DNA of 64,000 bases from NCBI GenBank assembly GCA_964106645.2, contig OZ067042.1; one strand, given 5' to 3'. The notes below the pieces were generated by a model. That model did not search any database. It had not been told where the DNA came from and saw only the letters and a list, made by a program, of their open reading frames with translations. Source of the DNA: Podarcis pityusensis (lineage: Eukaryota). Shown here piece by piece: positions 1 to 13,746 of the stretch (positions within the stretch are counted from its first letter, which is position 1; each line of letters starts with the position of its first letter). The position numbers and the translations under genes are program-made.

Positions 1-303
1 TTATAAAATCGAGGAATGTTAAAATGTCGAGGTTTGGAGAAAGAAAAGGAGATTACAGCGACATAAGATTAAGTTGAAGAAAAGAATAAGAAAAAATATA
101 TTTGACAAAATTATTTAGAATTTGCTGAAATAATTTTGGAAATTGGGATGTAGGAAGGGGAGGTTTGGGGGAGTCCGAGAAGAGAGGGATATGAAAAAAA
201 GGTTATGAAATTATACATGTTTGTATGTCTTTTTATTTGTTTGTATTGTTTAAAACTTTTCTGTAAAATCAATTAAAAAAAAAAATTTAAAAAAAAAAGA
301 AAA
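1..303 (+). mobile_element. 3' UTR and poly(A) tail of an L1-type LINE (cut by window start)
   Basis: A-rich 3'UTR with a G-rich patch, ending in an A-tract at ~275-303. Same architecture as the L1 3' end at 24487-24900. Confidence 0.55.
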
Positions 304-688
304 GCACCGGTAGTTCATTTGTGCATTAAATGTTCTTATATGCATTCAGCATTGTCTGTTTTGATCCTGATTTGAGGAATTTTTTCTCCAAAGTTTTACA
401 TCAGCAGCCAAGGAGAACGTGGATCACATCGTTATTTTATACATGCTTGCCAATTTTCTGGTTCCAGAATAGGAAAAGGACATCTGCAAAGCTGCAAATT
501 AAGAATTTTGAACAGTTTTAGATGATTCTTTGGGGAAGAGAGGCAGACTTATAATAATACTTGATAACAGATGTTGACCTTAACGTATTTTGGAGCAGTG
601 ATTGACCAAAGAAATGTCTCGAGGGTAATCATTTATGCCAGCGTTAACCAAATGATTGATTTAGGCAATGATGTGTTAAAAAGTAAAA

Positions 689-711
689 AGAGAGAGAGAG
701 AGAGAGAGAGA
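689..711. repeat. (AG)n microsatellite
   Basis: Direct read. Confidence 0.9.
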
Positions 712-1509
712 TTCTAACACAATAGAGTTGTATAATAAATGCCTGTGATGTATTTTTATAATTTAGCCATGGTGAATTTAGACTTCAAGGTAAAACAATT
801 TGGAAATAGACAGCCAGTGTAGTGAGCAATGGTTGGGAATGTGGAATCCATGGCAAGGGGTCTGACCAACCTCTCGTTGCATGCCACTACCTGAATGAGG
901 CAAAGTGGTGTAATGGTTTGAGTGCTGGATTGAATTGTATTCTTGACTGCCTTCTTAATTTGTTCTTAGGTGTTTTGTTTCTTTTCAAACTTATTGTTGT
1001 GTCGTTTGCATTTTCTAAATGCCTTTGGACTATTTTCTGAGATCGCCTAGCCCATGTGTGATCTCTGATTGAGTCCTTATCTACCGCAATCTGTCATATG
1101 TGCAATTTTTGCTCAGAGTGGTTGCTCAGAAATTCACCTAATTAAAAAGTGCTATCCATCTGTAGAAGCAAATATGAAATGACAGTGCTTCAAAACAAAT
1201 CTACCTTTTAAAAAAAAACACCTCCCTCTCACAGCCAAGTAATAACATCTCTCTCGTTTTTTACCTGGAGTATGCAAGAGTGCTATTCAGACCAGATTCA
1301 CGCTTGCCTTAATAGTAGCAATTTTTTTTTATTTATTTTCTGCATGTGCATTTTAAAAACCTAATTTCGGTGCTTTTTTCAATAGATGCAGTCTGAAATA
1401 ATCCTTGGAAATCGGCGATCTCATTCGAAGCACGTTTTAGTTAAAAGTAAATTTCCCTGGAATTGATAGTACTTGCAGTCATATAAAATGGGAAAAGGAT
1501 TGGGCCAGA

Positions 1510-1580
1510 AGGTCCGGTGGCACCTTAGAGACCAATTTAATTGTGGCAGCAGCTCCTATGGACAACAGCCTACTTCACAG
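1510..1580. mobile_element. Degenerate terminal fragment of a Penelope-like element
   Basis: GTGGCACCTTAGAGAC...ACAGCCTACTTCA motif typical of reptile Penelope-like termini. Related piece in opposite orientation at ~28040. Confidence 0.45.
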
Positions 1581-4306
1581 CTTTAATTGACAGGAGTGGT
1601 TGAAGCAAACTGTTGGTCAATAAAGTGAAAATTGAATATGACAAGCATGGAAATGCACACATCCTGGGATACCAAAGAAGAACACAATATATAATCTACA
1701 TTGACTGATATGCAATTTTAGGATTACTAAGCATCAATACAGTATAAATGGAGAAGGCAACTGCTGTTTGCAATAAACAGCTACTCCTCTAGGAAGGAGC
1801 AAACTTTTGAGAAGGATCAGAGGAAAATGGTATGAATACTTGTAATAGCCCTCTTCATATGCTTTAGCATTCAGAACTGCTCTGTCACATTCACAAAGCA
1901 GCTAATAAGAAATTGACTGTTTAGACACTGCGCTAGGAGCAGGAGAGGACCTTTCTTGAATAACGATTCTTCTACCACTTGCCAGGCTTGTACAGGGCAC
2001 AGCAGTGGGCAACAAGGTTGGGAGGCACAGTCGTTTTAGCAGGTATGCCAGATTGGTTCTGGTAGGGTGGCACAGGCACACCAGCATGGCCAAATCAGTG
2101 CTCCTGCCAATGTCCCAGCACTGCCATGACTTTGCCACCTGCCTCAACCCCAAACTGTCCTGGCAAGCTGTAGCAATGCCAGTGCTGGAAGGCTGGCTCT
2201 GCGCGAGTGCCACAAGATGCCAATCATTATTTCCCCAAACCATGAGCCCAGCCAGACAAACCTCTATAGCTAGGCAAGCTTTGCTTCCTGGTACTCCACC
2301 CTGGGATTATATGATGAAGGATAGGCTAGGAATTGCCAAACAAATGCAATTTAAAAAAAACAGTACTTTGAATAACATGTACGTATTTGTCGCATTTGTG
2401 CACTGAAGTGCCTCAAAGCAACTTATGCAGTAAAAATAAAACAATAGAGACATTAAAATCAGATAAAAACAGGAATGGACGGAAACAACATATTTAAAAG
2501 GAACAAGTCCTACCCAAGGAGCGCAACAAAAGCCTAACTACCCTCCTCATTAAAAACCATAAGCCTGGGTAAAGGAGGACATTTTTGCCTGGTGCCAGAA
2601 ACAGATAGCAATGGTGCCAGGCATGGTCTGGAAATAACTCTGGAAATTGTGCTTGGAAAGAGACCAGTAGCGATTGGAGCTGTCATAACATGGCAATCAC
2701 CTGCTCCCTGCAACTGGCCCTAGTGAATAGTCTGTCTGCAGCATTCTGAACCTTTGTCACACTCAGGGATCACATCTGGCAGCAGCAACAGTACACAAAG
2801 CTGTGGAAAAGCTTTTCTTTCCTTTAGTGTGCAGTTAGACAGGAAAAGTGGAGTTGGAATTTGTCCAGGTCAAAAGCTGATAATGTCCACTTTGAAAAAC
2901 GTAGGGAGGGGGAATGAGCCACATTAGAGATGTGTGTTTATGGAGCACTTAAATGATGGTCAGTGTTAGGGACACCATGTCAAATGGCTAAATTGTGCTC
3001 ACAGTCCATATTTAAAGTGTCCAAACCATATTAAAACCCCTTCTTCATTTTGGCCAGAATCTCCTCTTCTTCACCTTTCTCTTCAGGCAGGTAATGCTTC
3101 ATTACATCCCTTAAAGTAGTCCTGATTTTACACCTGTTCGTTGCGGAACTAAGGGAGGTTCATAAATGAATCGCTGCTTATGAGAACTACTGGCTCCTAT
3201 AGGGAAATGTCCCCTAGTTCAGGATGTAAGCAAGCAGCAAAACACACTTTTCTTTTTTTAGAATAAGGTGTCTGATGGAAAATTTGTGCCATTGGAAAAT
3301 TGGCTTTGAAAAAAACTCTGGTGGACTTTCAAGCTAGAAGGGTCAAGTAGGGGGTGATGGGAAAGACTGAAACCCTGGAGAGCTGTTGCCAGCCAGGGCA
3401 GGCAGTCCTTGTCTTATCTAGACCCATCACTCAGATGGGTACATCTGAGTTCCCATGGCTATGGTTATGTAACCATAATACTAATGATTTACAACTGAAG
3501 ATAAATTAGCAGGAACTCATGGTGGAAAACAAAGTCAATATTCTACAACTGGATATTCAAGTCCCAGCTTTCCAGTCTTACTTTTGACTAATACGTCTTG
3601 GTATTACCCACCAAGCCTCTTTTATTAGCATCTTAGGTTACCATAAACAAAAACACAGCATTCAATTTTCTCAAAGGTTAACATTTCACCTCTTCCAGCT
3701 CTGACTAAAGGGAGGTTTTGCTGGGAATGGCTTTGAACTTTCCAAAGATGGGAGAAATGGGGAGTACAAAATAAGTTGTGCTTCCTCTTCTCACGCTTGT
3801 TTAGATAAGTATATCTGAAGCATCTGTCAATACACATTCTTAAGACTCTAGTGCTCCTGAGGAGGAAACAACACCAGAATTTGCCTTTCAGGAGGGAATG
3901 GCTAACCTGTGGCCTGCAGAGTTTATTTGTGCACCTAAATCACTCCACCCCAATAATTTGGCAATATGGTATTCCTTTGTTCCCCTTTTGTGAGGCTGTA
4001 AGGTGGCCCACCAGCCTGCCACAAAATGGTTGCCTCTGCCTCAATTTACTCTGCACTTGGCTTACTCTGCAAAGGCAGCTCTTCTCTCCTTAGTATGATG
4101 CCACTGCAGGAAGGTCCTAGGCCTCAGTTTCCTGAGTCCCAAGACAATTCCACTTCCTTCCCCAACACTGTAATGAGAAGCAAAATTGCTGAGCATCCCC
4201 TGTCCTCTGGTGCTTAGCTAGCTTTCAGTATCCCTGGTTTGCAGGTACACTACTGTATGGTAAGTGTGTATGAAATTATGCATGCTTTATAGGTGGCGAG
4301 TGTGCA

Positions 4307-4333
4307 TGTGTGTGTGTGTGTGTGTGTGTGTGT
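4307..4333. repeat. (TG)n microsatellite
   Basis: Direct read. Confidence 0.9.
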
Positions 4334-6074
4334 ACATGTTTAGTCACCACTCCTGCTATTGACACGTGTCCCTCAGAGGAGTGACTGACTATCAATGCAG
4401 CCCTCAAAACAAAAAAGTTTAGGCAGCCCTACTTTGAGAAGATGAATGGAATAATCTTTGGTCCTTCTGAACAACCAAGGAAATGAAGGAAATGCTGCTC
4501 ATTTGCGCTTTGCCCCCAAGCTTATTCAGAATGTTCAGAGTTGCCCCTAATATTCTCTTATATTGGAGAAACCAACGTGGCCCAGTGAACAGATGGCTTA
4601 GGTGGACCAGGGGGACAATCAAGTAGAGATTTGACTATTCATCAGAGTTATTTGATAGGTTTGACCAAGCCATTCTCTTGCGGCCTTTGTTCGCCATGTG
4701 TAAAATTGCGGCTATTAAACCACAGTGCACTTGAGAGAAATTGAAAGCAGTCTGTGCACCAAATATGAAATATTGCAGGAACTGTAAAGCAGTGGGTACA
4801 TTAAAGAAATTATAAACAATGAATAGTAGCTGAATTTTATGATGGTCAGCAGCCACTCCAGTAGAGTGTACATTACAAGATTTGTGTTGAAAATGCAAAT
4901 GGCACAAAGTGTAGCTTATGCCAGGGGGATGTTATCAATATGTATGATTTTAGTTCACCCATTTAAGATTGGTAGAGCTCCCAGCTTCAATCCTTAGCAC
5001 CTGCACTTTGAAAAGATCTCCAGTATAGCAGAGTTGGACAGGTCTATGTCCACTATCAAAGAAGACAGTACTGGGCTAGATGACTAGGTGACAGTACTGG
5101 GTGAGTCAGAGGCCACATCTGCACCTTACATTTAAAGCACTCTCCTACCATTTTAACAGTGGTGGCTTCTCCCATATAGTCATGGGAACTGTAATTTGTT
5201 ACAGGTGGTAAGAGCCCTCACAGAGCTACCATTTCCACATTGGTTTAACAACCAATCCTTCTTCTCAAGGAAGAAGGTCTGCTTCAGATATCTCAGTAGG
5301 TCTTCTTTCTGTCCACCTCCAATTTACAAAACCTCCACTGTGTTGTTTGTATAACTGGGTAGTATCATTTTGGTTGTTGCCATGGGAGCCATAAATACTT
5401 TCCAATCTACTTCAGATCACCCAGAAATCTATCAGTTGATCTTCTTTCTGTGCATCCCCAAAACCAACCCTCCACAGTCTTTGTCTTCTTTCACAGTTGG
5501 CACAGGTGGTTCCACATCGCCTTCCCCCCAGCAGCATTCATTCAGTCATTGGGGAGCAGTCGAAAGAAGCAAAACTAAATCTTTTCCAAAGCCCCATTCC
5601 CTGCCCATCTGCATGGGGAGAGGCAGAGCAGGTCAATAGCAGCTGGTGTGCTTCCTTCATGAGGTGCAGCAACAAAGGCCCAGCAAACACTAGCAAGAGA
5701 ATCAAATACTTTATTGAGTACATACTATACCAAATGTTACACAAAGAAATCAGCCTCAGACATTGAGCTATTTTTCCTGGCATACAGTTGGAAGGAAAAA
5801 AATACACTAATATTTTATAAGCAGCCAATGCAGAGAAGGAAATATTCATTTTCCCTTCTATGCTTGTTTTGCCTACAATTCACCCACTGTATGTCTTGGT
5901 GGAGGTGGATGAGATTAATCTCTGCAAGAAGTGGAAAATAAATTGCCTTTCCGAATTAGCATGAACTGTTCATTTTTTCCTCTAGTCCACTTGCAGGATG
6001 GTGGGGTGGGGGAGAAAATGTTACATTTAGAGCTGTACATGACTTTTGTGCAAACAAATATGCCCATTCTGTGA

Positions 6075-7022
6075 ACCAGCTCTACCTCTCTTTTAAATCA
6101 GAACCAGTGAAGGCGGTGAAGGTCCTGTGTGAGTGTCTGGAGGCGGTTGGAGGATGGATGGCGGCTAACAGATTGAGGTTGAATCCTGACAAGACAGAAG
6201 TACTGTTTTTGGGGGACAGGAGGCGGGCAGGTGTGGAGGATTCCCTGGTCCTCAATGGGGTAACTGTGCCCCTGAAGGACCAGGTGCGCAGCCTGGGAGT
6301 CATTTTGGACTCACAGCTGTCCATGGAGGCACAGGTCAAATCTGTATCCAGGGCAGCTGTTTACCAGCTCCATCTGGTACGTAGGCTGAGACCCTATCTG
6401 CCTGCAGACTGTCTCGCCAGAGTGGTGCATGCTCTGGTTATCTCCTGCTTGGACTACTGCAATGCGCTCTACGTGGGGCTACCTTTGAAGGTGACCTGGA
6501 AACTACAACTAATCCAGAATGCGGCAGCTAGACTGGTGACTGGGAGCGGCCGCCGAGACCATATAACACCAGTCTTGAAAGACCTACATTGGCTCCCAGT
6601 ACGTTTCCGAGCACAATTCAAAGTGTTGGTGCTGACCTTTAAAGCCCTAAACGGCCTCGGTCCAGTATATCTGAAGGAGCGTCTCCACCCCCATCGTTCT
6701 GCCCGGACACTGAGGTCCAGCCCCGAGGGCCTTCTGGCGGTTCCCTCACTGCGAGAGGCCAAGTTACAGGGAACCAGGCAGAGGGCCTTCTCGGTAGTGG
6801 CGCCCACCCTGTGGAACGCCCTCCCATCAGATGTCACAACTACCTGACATTCAGAAGACATCTGAAGGCAGCCCTGTTCAGGGAAGTTTTTAATATGTGA
6901 CATTTTAGTGTATTTTTCATCTTTGTTGGAAGCTGCCCAGAGTGGCTGGGGAAACCCAGCCAGATGGGCGGGGTACAAATAATAAATAATAATAATTATT
7001 ATTATTATTATTATTATTATTA
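6075..7022 (+). mobile_element. 5'-truncated L2-clade LINE (C-terminal RT/ORF2, 3'UTR, AAT/TAT tail)
   Basis: ORF 6071-6847 has L2 motifs WMAANRLRLNPDKTE, LDYCNALY, LQLIQNAAARL, HITPVLKDLHWLPV, RAFSVVAPTLWNALP. Ends in an (AAT)/(TAT)n tail. Confidence 0.92.
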
Positions 7023-7539
7023 CTAAGCAAGATATGGTGGGAGTAGGCCACTTCTGTTTCATCATGCGTTCGTGTGCAGAGCAAGAGATGGTGGAGTGGG
7101 GTGGGTTCTAACTTTTACATTCAGGGTTCTGTGGCCAAGGGTTTTTGAATCCTCTCCCGCCTTAGCTCTCCTGACTCTTGTCACTTCAGGTGCATTCTAG
7201 TTTTGAAACCCTTTGCTCGCTCTAACACTAGAAGCTGAGAGAAAAGTGTGAAAATTTAAGCATTATTTATTCCTTTATTTATTTTTCTTCATTAAAGTAA
7301 TTATTTTCCGCCCTCTCATAAAACAGCAGGGCAGTGTGCAGTAATATAAAAATATTAAAAACAATTCAAAATGATCATTAAAATTACTGGCTACTCTAGG
7401 GACATTTTAGACAACTGCATAAGCCTGTTGGCGGGGGGGGGGGTGGAGAGTCTATACTTGAAAGTCGATAGCAAGGCTGCCTGCCAAATCTCTGCTGGAA
7501 GAATGTTCTTCAACATGGTGAGGCAGCATGCATTGTTTG

Positions 7540-7975
7540 GTTGAAGGATTGGATAAAATTAGAAAGAGAAGAAATCCTCGGTTTAGGACATGATAACAAA
7601 TTTGGCTGGAATGCATATTTATGCTATGAGAAAGATAAAAAACATAAAGGGTTTCATAATAATATAATAAGGAAAGCATTGATAAAGGTATGGAATAAAT
7701 ACAAAGATTTCTTAGAACCTAAAATACCATGTTGGTTGTCTCCAGTTGAGGCAATAGCAATGAAACCGTTGAATAAAAAAGGAAACTGGCCAACATATAG
7801 AGATTTGTTAATAGAAGAAGAGAAAGGTTTGAAATTAAAAAGTTATGAAAATTTGAAAGTTGGTTCCATCACAGACAAATTATTGAGCAGTTTAAAGAAG
7901 ATAACAAAAGGGAGTTCAGCTACACCATCTCAAACTTCCAAAAGGAAATTGTGGAGGGAAACACCAAATTACTGA
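7540..7975 (+). mobile_element. Internal fragment of L1-type ORF2 (C-terminal part)
   Basis: A-rich, Lys-rich ORF (GWNAYL...IIRKALIKVWNKYK...WLSPVEA) typical of reptile L1 ORF2 downstream of RT. Confidence 0.7.
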
Positions 7976-8837
7976 AGAAAGTCGCCATAAGACCTTCAGG
8001 TATAAGGCAACATAGAAAGTTAATAATAAATAATAATTTAAAGCAGGGGATTCACGGGGTAAAAGAACTTAAAACCAAAGAATTGCCAGTGTGATACAAT
8101 GCAGGGGCTGTCATGATCCATTTCACAATGTCCATATTGAGTAAACACTTTGCACAATGCTTTTGGAGCAGAAGGAATTAAGCTTGCTACACAAATCTAA
8201 AGCAAATGTAGCCCTTTTAAACTGCATGTTTCATGAATGACAGGTCATGAAGCTGTTCAGAGCTCTCTCTTGTCTGGACCATCTGGGATAGGGTTTCCAT
8301 CCAGAAATAATTTTTACAGGCCAGGATTTCACGTTCTTGTTTGGTTGCCAGAACTGTGGAACTAAAAAGGCCATTAAAAATCCAGCTGTATACGTATTTA
8401 CTGCCATAATGCACGCGTGTGTACTAAGGAGTCGCTTGGGAACAGCTGCCTTTGCAAAATAGTACACTTTTGCAAGTGCAGTAACTGCTATCATAGGTGC
8501 AGTGCATTGCCATGGGAGATGTGCCATTTTAGTGACATGCACAGATGAGTGTGCATGTGCAAATGACAGCTTCATGAGTTGGAGTTCTGAAGGGGGTTGC
8601 AGAAGAGGACCAAAAAGGTTGTGGGAGACAGGTGAAGACATCCCTGGCTCAACTCTGATGTGAAGAACAGTGTGCAAAGGTGGCGTGGAATGCAGCAGGG
8701 GAAAATGACATTGCTGCATTTTAAGGTTACAGTCATATTAACAGCTTAAACAGTTGAATAATCTCTAGCCAGGTGGAGGAACATTCTCTTCACTAAGGAA
8801 AGGAACTGTTCATATTAAAGGACACTTTGCCTTAGGT

Positions 8838-8973
8838 CATGCTTCCTCAACCTCGGCCCTCCAGATGTTTTTGGTCTACAACTCCCATGATCCCTAGGTA
8901 GCAAGACCAGTGATCAGGGATGATGGGAATTGTAGTCTCAAAACATCTGGAGGGCCGAGGTTGAGGAAACCTG
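8838..8973. mobile_element. hAT-type MITE
   Basis: Long terminal inverted repeats (TTCCTCAACCTCGGCCCTCCAGATGTTT / AAACATCTGGAGGGCCGAGGTTGAGGAA). Same family as 36410 and 49927. Confidence 0.85.
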
Positions 8974-8996
8974 TCTTAGTGTTGAGGAAACCTGTC

Positions 8997-9765
8997 TTAA
9001 CAGGGAGAAATGTAAAGTATTGCACTTGGGCAAAAAAAAATGAGAGGCACAAATACAAGATGGGTGACACCTGGCTTCAGAGCAGTACATGTGAAAAGGA
9101 TCTAGGAGTCTTGGTTGACCACAAACTTGACATGAGCCAACAGTGTGACGCGGCAGATAAAAAAGCCAATGCAATTCTGGGCTGCATCAATAGGAGTATA
9201 GCATCTAGATCAAGGGAAGTAATAGTGCCACTGTATTCTGCTCTGGTCAGACCTCACCTGGAGTACTGTGTCCAGTTCTGGGCACCACAGTTCAAGAAGG
9301 ACACTGACAAACTGGAACGTGTCCAGAGGAGGGCAACCAAAATGGTCAAAGGCCTGGAAATGATGCCTTATGAGGAACGGCTAAGGGAGCTGGGCATGTT
9401 TAGCCTGGAGAAGAGGAGGTTAAGGGGTGATATGATAGCCATGTTCAAATATATAAAAGGATGTCACATAGAGGAGGGAGAAAGGTTGTTTTCTGCTGCT
9501 CCAGAGAAGCGGACACGGAGCAATGGATCCAAACTACAAGAAAGAAGATTCCACCTAAACATTAGGAAGAACTTCCTGACAGTAAGAGCTGTTCGACAGT
9601 GGAATTTGCTGCCAAGGAGTGTGGTGGAGTCTCCTTCTTTGGAGGTCTTTAAGCAGAGTCTTGACAACCATATGTCAGGAGTGCTCTGATGGTGTTTCCC
9701 GCTTGGCAGGGGGTTGGACTCGATGGCCCTTGTGGTCTCTTCCAACTCTATGATTCTATGATTCT
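8997..9765 (+). mobile_element. 5'-truncated young CR1 LINE (end of ORF2 and 3'UTR)
   Basis: [48 protein letters not shown] motifs; (ATTCTATG)n 3' tail. Confidence 0.95.
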
Positions 9766-10589
9766 AGGTAGTTCCAGGCTTGTCTACTGTACTTTGAAAG
9801 GAACTCTGCATCTGCTACAAGGCACTCAGTCTACAGTGCCAGGGTTTTTTAAAACAGAAAGGTGACAAATCATAACCTAGGAACATTTTCATGTTGCAGT
9901 GAGGAAAATACAATTCATTTCCAAGTTCTCAAAAACTCATTCTGATTCATGTTCACTTCATGATCTGATTGCCAAATATTAATTGAAGGGCATTCTGCAT
10001 TATCTCAAGATTAGCTTTAGCGTGATTTTAAAATTTACTCTTATCAACCTCATTCTTTACGTTAATCAAACTAAAACCCAGCCGAACTGGCTAATAGGGT
10101 CACCCAAAATAACAGCAGAGACATCTGGCAGTATCAACTGATTCACAGTTCACTGTTCTCTTTAGCTACATGGTAACACGGGTGATGTTCATTGCATTCA
10201 AATGAGGCAGCCTTACTGTCATCAAATATTCTTCTCACAGCACCATCTTGCTGGCCAACAGTTTATGCATTCATTAGAAAAATCTGCTGTATCCAGTTTT
10301 CTTGATGCACTAAAAACAGAAGTGCAGAATGAATGTTTTTGCTAAGTCAGATACAAACCTTGCTGTTTCTAACGAGCAACTTCAGTAAGCAGTAAACTCT
10401 AAACAGCTTCCACCTTATCCTCATACTTATATCAAAAGCAACATTACTGACCGACTGGTTTTCAAGCAGCCTGACTGGGTATTTTTTCTCACTTGGCTAG
10501 CTATGCGTGTGTGTGTTATTTTTGTAATATACGTTCAAGTCAATTTCAGTATTAGGAAAGGAGCAATTTAGATTTGTACACATTTACAT

Positions 10590-10760
10590 GGCTCAGCAGT
10601 ACAGTACATGCAAAAAGTCCCAGGTACAATCTCCAGTATCTCAAGGTGGGGTTGGAAAAGGCTCCCATCTAAGGCACTGGAGGACTGCTACCAATCAGTG
10701 CACTGAGCTAGACAGACCAATGACCTGGCTTGGAATAAGGCTTCTTATTCCAATGCACCA
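10590..10760 (+). mobile_element. Old degenerate tRNA-derived SINE
   Basis: Eroded A/B-box-like head, with body similar to pieces at ~3370 and ~4970. Confidence 0.4.
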
Positions 10761-10926
10761 TGTGGAATGATCAATAGCTAGGGAAAGAGGTATCACCGAA
10801 CAACCCTGTCCATATTTAAGCTGCACCCCCCCCCCATCTTATCTATTGGTCAAAATAACAGAGCTTGCTAGGGAGATACCTGTCCCACTGGAAAGCAGCA
10901 GGGCACAGAATTTGGCACTGGGTTTA

Positions 10927-11281
10927 GGGTAAAGGTAAAGTGACCCCTGACCATTAGGTCCAGTCGTGGCCGACTCTGGGGTTGCAGTGCTCATCTCACT
11001 TTATTGGCCAAGGGAGCCAGCATACAGCTTCCGGGTCATGTGGCCAGCATGACTAAGCCGCTTCTGGCGAACCAGAGCAGCGCACAGAAACACCGTTTAC
11101 CTTCCCGCCAGAGCGGTACCTATTTATCTACTTGCACTTTAACGTGCTTTCGAACTGCTAGGTTGGCAGGAGCTGGGACTGAGCAACAGGAGCTCACCCC
11201 GTCGCAGGGATTCGAACCAGCGACCTTCTGATCGGCAAGCCCTAGGCTCTGTGGTTTAACCCACAGCGCCACCTGTGTCCC
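10927..11281 (-). mobile_element. Sauria SINE, full length
   Basis: tRNA-like head and (ACCTTT)n tail on the minus strand; 15-bp TSD TTGGCACTGGGTTTA on both sides. Confidence 0.93.
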
Positions 11282-13228
11282 TTGGCACTGGGTTTAAACA
11301 GCCCAATATGCAAGTCTTATTGAAAAGGATATGGAAGAAGCATGGGGGAATCATAGGAAAACAAAAAAGTTAATGGCATCATGTAGATAGCCCCAGAAAG
11401 TAAGTGAATGGAGTGCAGCAATTTCAAAGTAGTATGGAAGCACCCTAGGATCATGCAGAACCTAAAGCAGCCACCAAGGGCTCAAGTACTTGTAAAATGG
11501 ATGTATTGAATCAAATCTGAAATTGTTTAAATGACATTTTCCATTTATGATATATGAGCTTAAATATGCCTAGGTTTAATGAGACTTAATACCAGATTAT
11601 ATTAAAACCCCTTGAAAAGATATACCGGGAAGTATGTAGTGGAATCCTTTACTTGCCTATATTTCTTCTGCAAAGGAAATATCTGCTTGCCATCATACTT
11701 AAAGGACTAGATGCTGCTTTTCTCTTAATTGTATACATCAGTTCTCTGGAATAGGCAGCCAATTATTGTAAACTATGTGTCAACAGCAAGTAGGTGACTA
11801 ATTGTGGCCAGCTGAGGTTCATCTCAATCTCAGTCATCCAGACACACTGCTTAATTTGTTTGTGTGAAAATAATTGCTCATCTAGCAAACCTTGCCTCGT
11901 TTAGCTAATTCAGAAGAGTACTTCCCCTGAAATTATTTCCAAACACAGCCAATGTTATGATGGATAAGAGCTGTTTGTCACAAACCTTGTAGGGTGGTGA
12001 ATGTTCATTATAGATATACACAAACCATACTGTACTAGCCTAGACCTTTCTAATTTCTTCTCAGATATATTTCTTCTGCCTCCTAGGTTCCCTCCAAATA
12101 GATGGGTTCTCATTTTCTTAAAATATGCCTCTTCTAAAACTCAGCTGTTGGTTTGAAAAGCTGTGTACACATGACATTGGCCATGATCCATAGATATCCT
12201 GAATCTGTCTGGTAGTTTTAATGCATTTTTCTCAAGAGGAGGAAGCTGACAGTGTCAGCCCCTGGGCTAGTTGTAAGTAAGAAGGCAGGGCAGGTGGGGG
12301 ACTGACTGAAGGCAAACCGAGTGCCCTACTTGCCCCCAATGAACCAGCCTTGACTGCTGTGATGTGAATGACACTGGTTGCCAATTGAGTAACTTTAGTT
12401 GCATGGACTCAGAGTCTATTTCAGGGTACAGGCAAATTATGGACATCCATCCAGCTCCAAGACAGCAAATGGAGAGCTACCTTCCCTGTACCACCCTTCC
12501 GAAGATCTCTGATTCTTAGCCACCTTCACTCACTATGAAGAAGTTGCTAATGTAGGCATCAGGTCCCACCAAAAGGTGGCAGTTCAGCCAGGAGGTGGAC
12601 TGACATAAAGCTGTTGCTACTAGGCAACACTGGTTCATACTGAGCATGTGTGTGAATTTCCTCCATAGTTTAACATTCACTGGGGGAAATGCCATTTTAG
12701 AAAAAACTACAAGCAGGTTGCACTACCACTAAATAATGGCAAATAATAGGTGTTCCCCTTGACCTATCACAACAAACCATCTCCCAAAATGCTCAGTACA
12801 AATGGAGGAATCTTCACAGAAAGTCCAACCTAAGCAAAGCTTATGGAAATAAAACACAAAATACGTGTGAAAATGCCAGCGTAACTCATCCAATGTTTAA
12901 CTCATTTGATATAAGCCATTTATTAACCTTTCTACCCCAGATTTGGCCTGGACGTGCCAAGTTTCAAATCAATCTGTAGGGCTATTCTTGAACTATGAGC
13001 TTTAGAACCTACTGCCCCTGATTTCCCGTTATGTTGGCAGAATGCAGTTCAACCAGCTCACCCTTAACATAGAGCATTAAGATAGATCTTCCACATTTAT
13101 TCTTCTGAGAAATGTTACAGCTTCAGAAGCCAATAAGATCAAGAATGTCAACCAAAAAATCCAGCAAAGAAAGTTGTGAAATTTATAAGGCAGAAATAAA
13201 GAACTGGATCATCCATATTTCTTTAGAA

Positions 13229-13351
13229 CAGAGGGGCAAAACCTGTGCCCTCCAGATGTTCTTGGGCATCCTTGGTCATTTGCCATGCTGGCTAGAGCTG
13301 ATGGAATGTGGAGTCGAAGAACATGTGGAGGGCACAGATTCCCCATCCCTG
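13229..13351. mobile_element. Degenerate hAT MITE
   Basis: Inverted ends CTGTGCCCTCCA / TGGAGGGCACAG. Confidence 0.55.
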
Positions 13352-13393
13352 CTCTATTAGTAACAGCATTTGGGGCATTCTAGATTAGAAAAA

Positions 13394-13746
13394 GGGACGC
13401 GGGTGGAGCTGTGGGTTAAACCACAGAGCCTAGGACTTGCTGATCAGAAGGTCGCGGTTTGAATCCCCGCGACAGGGTGAGCTCCCGTTGCTCAGTCCCT
13501 GCTCCTGCCCACCTAGTAGTTCGAAAGCATGTCAAAGTGCAAGTAGATAAATAGGTACCGCTCCGGCGGGAAGGTAAATGGTGTTTCCGTGCGCTGCTCT
13601 GGTTCGCCAGAAGCGGCTTAGTCATGCTGGCCACATGACCCGGAAGCTGTACGCCGGCTCCCTCGGCCAATAAAGCGAGATGAGCACCGCAACCCCAGAG
13701 TCGGCCACGACTGGACCTAATGGTCAGGGCTCCTTTTACCTTTACC
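13394..13746 (+). mobile_element. Sauria SINE, full length, inserted in an older CR1
   Basis: Highly similar to 10927-11281; TSD TAGATTAGAAAAA; ACCTTT tail. Confidence 0.93.

Noticed and set aside
6071-6847. 258-aa ORF as a host gene
   Set aside because: It is L2 ORF2. The overlapping antisense ORFs are shadows.
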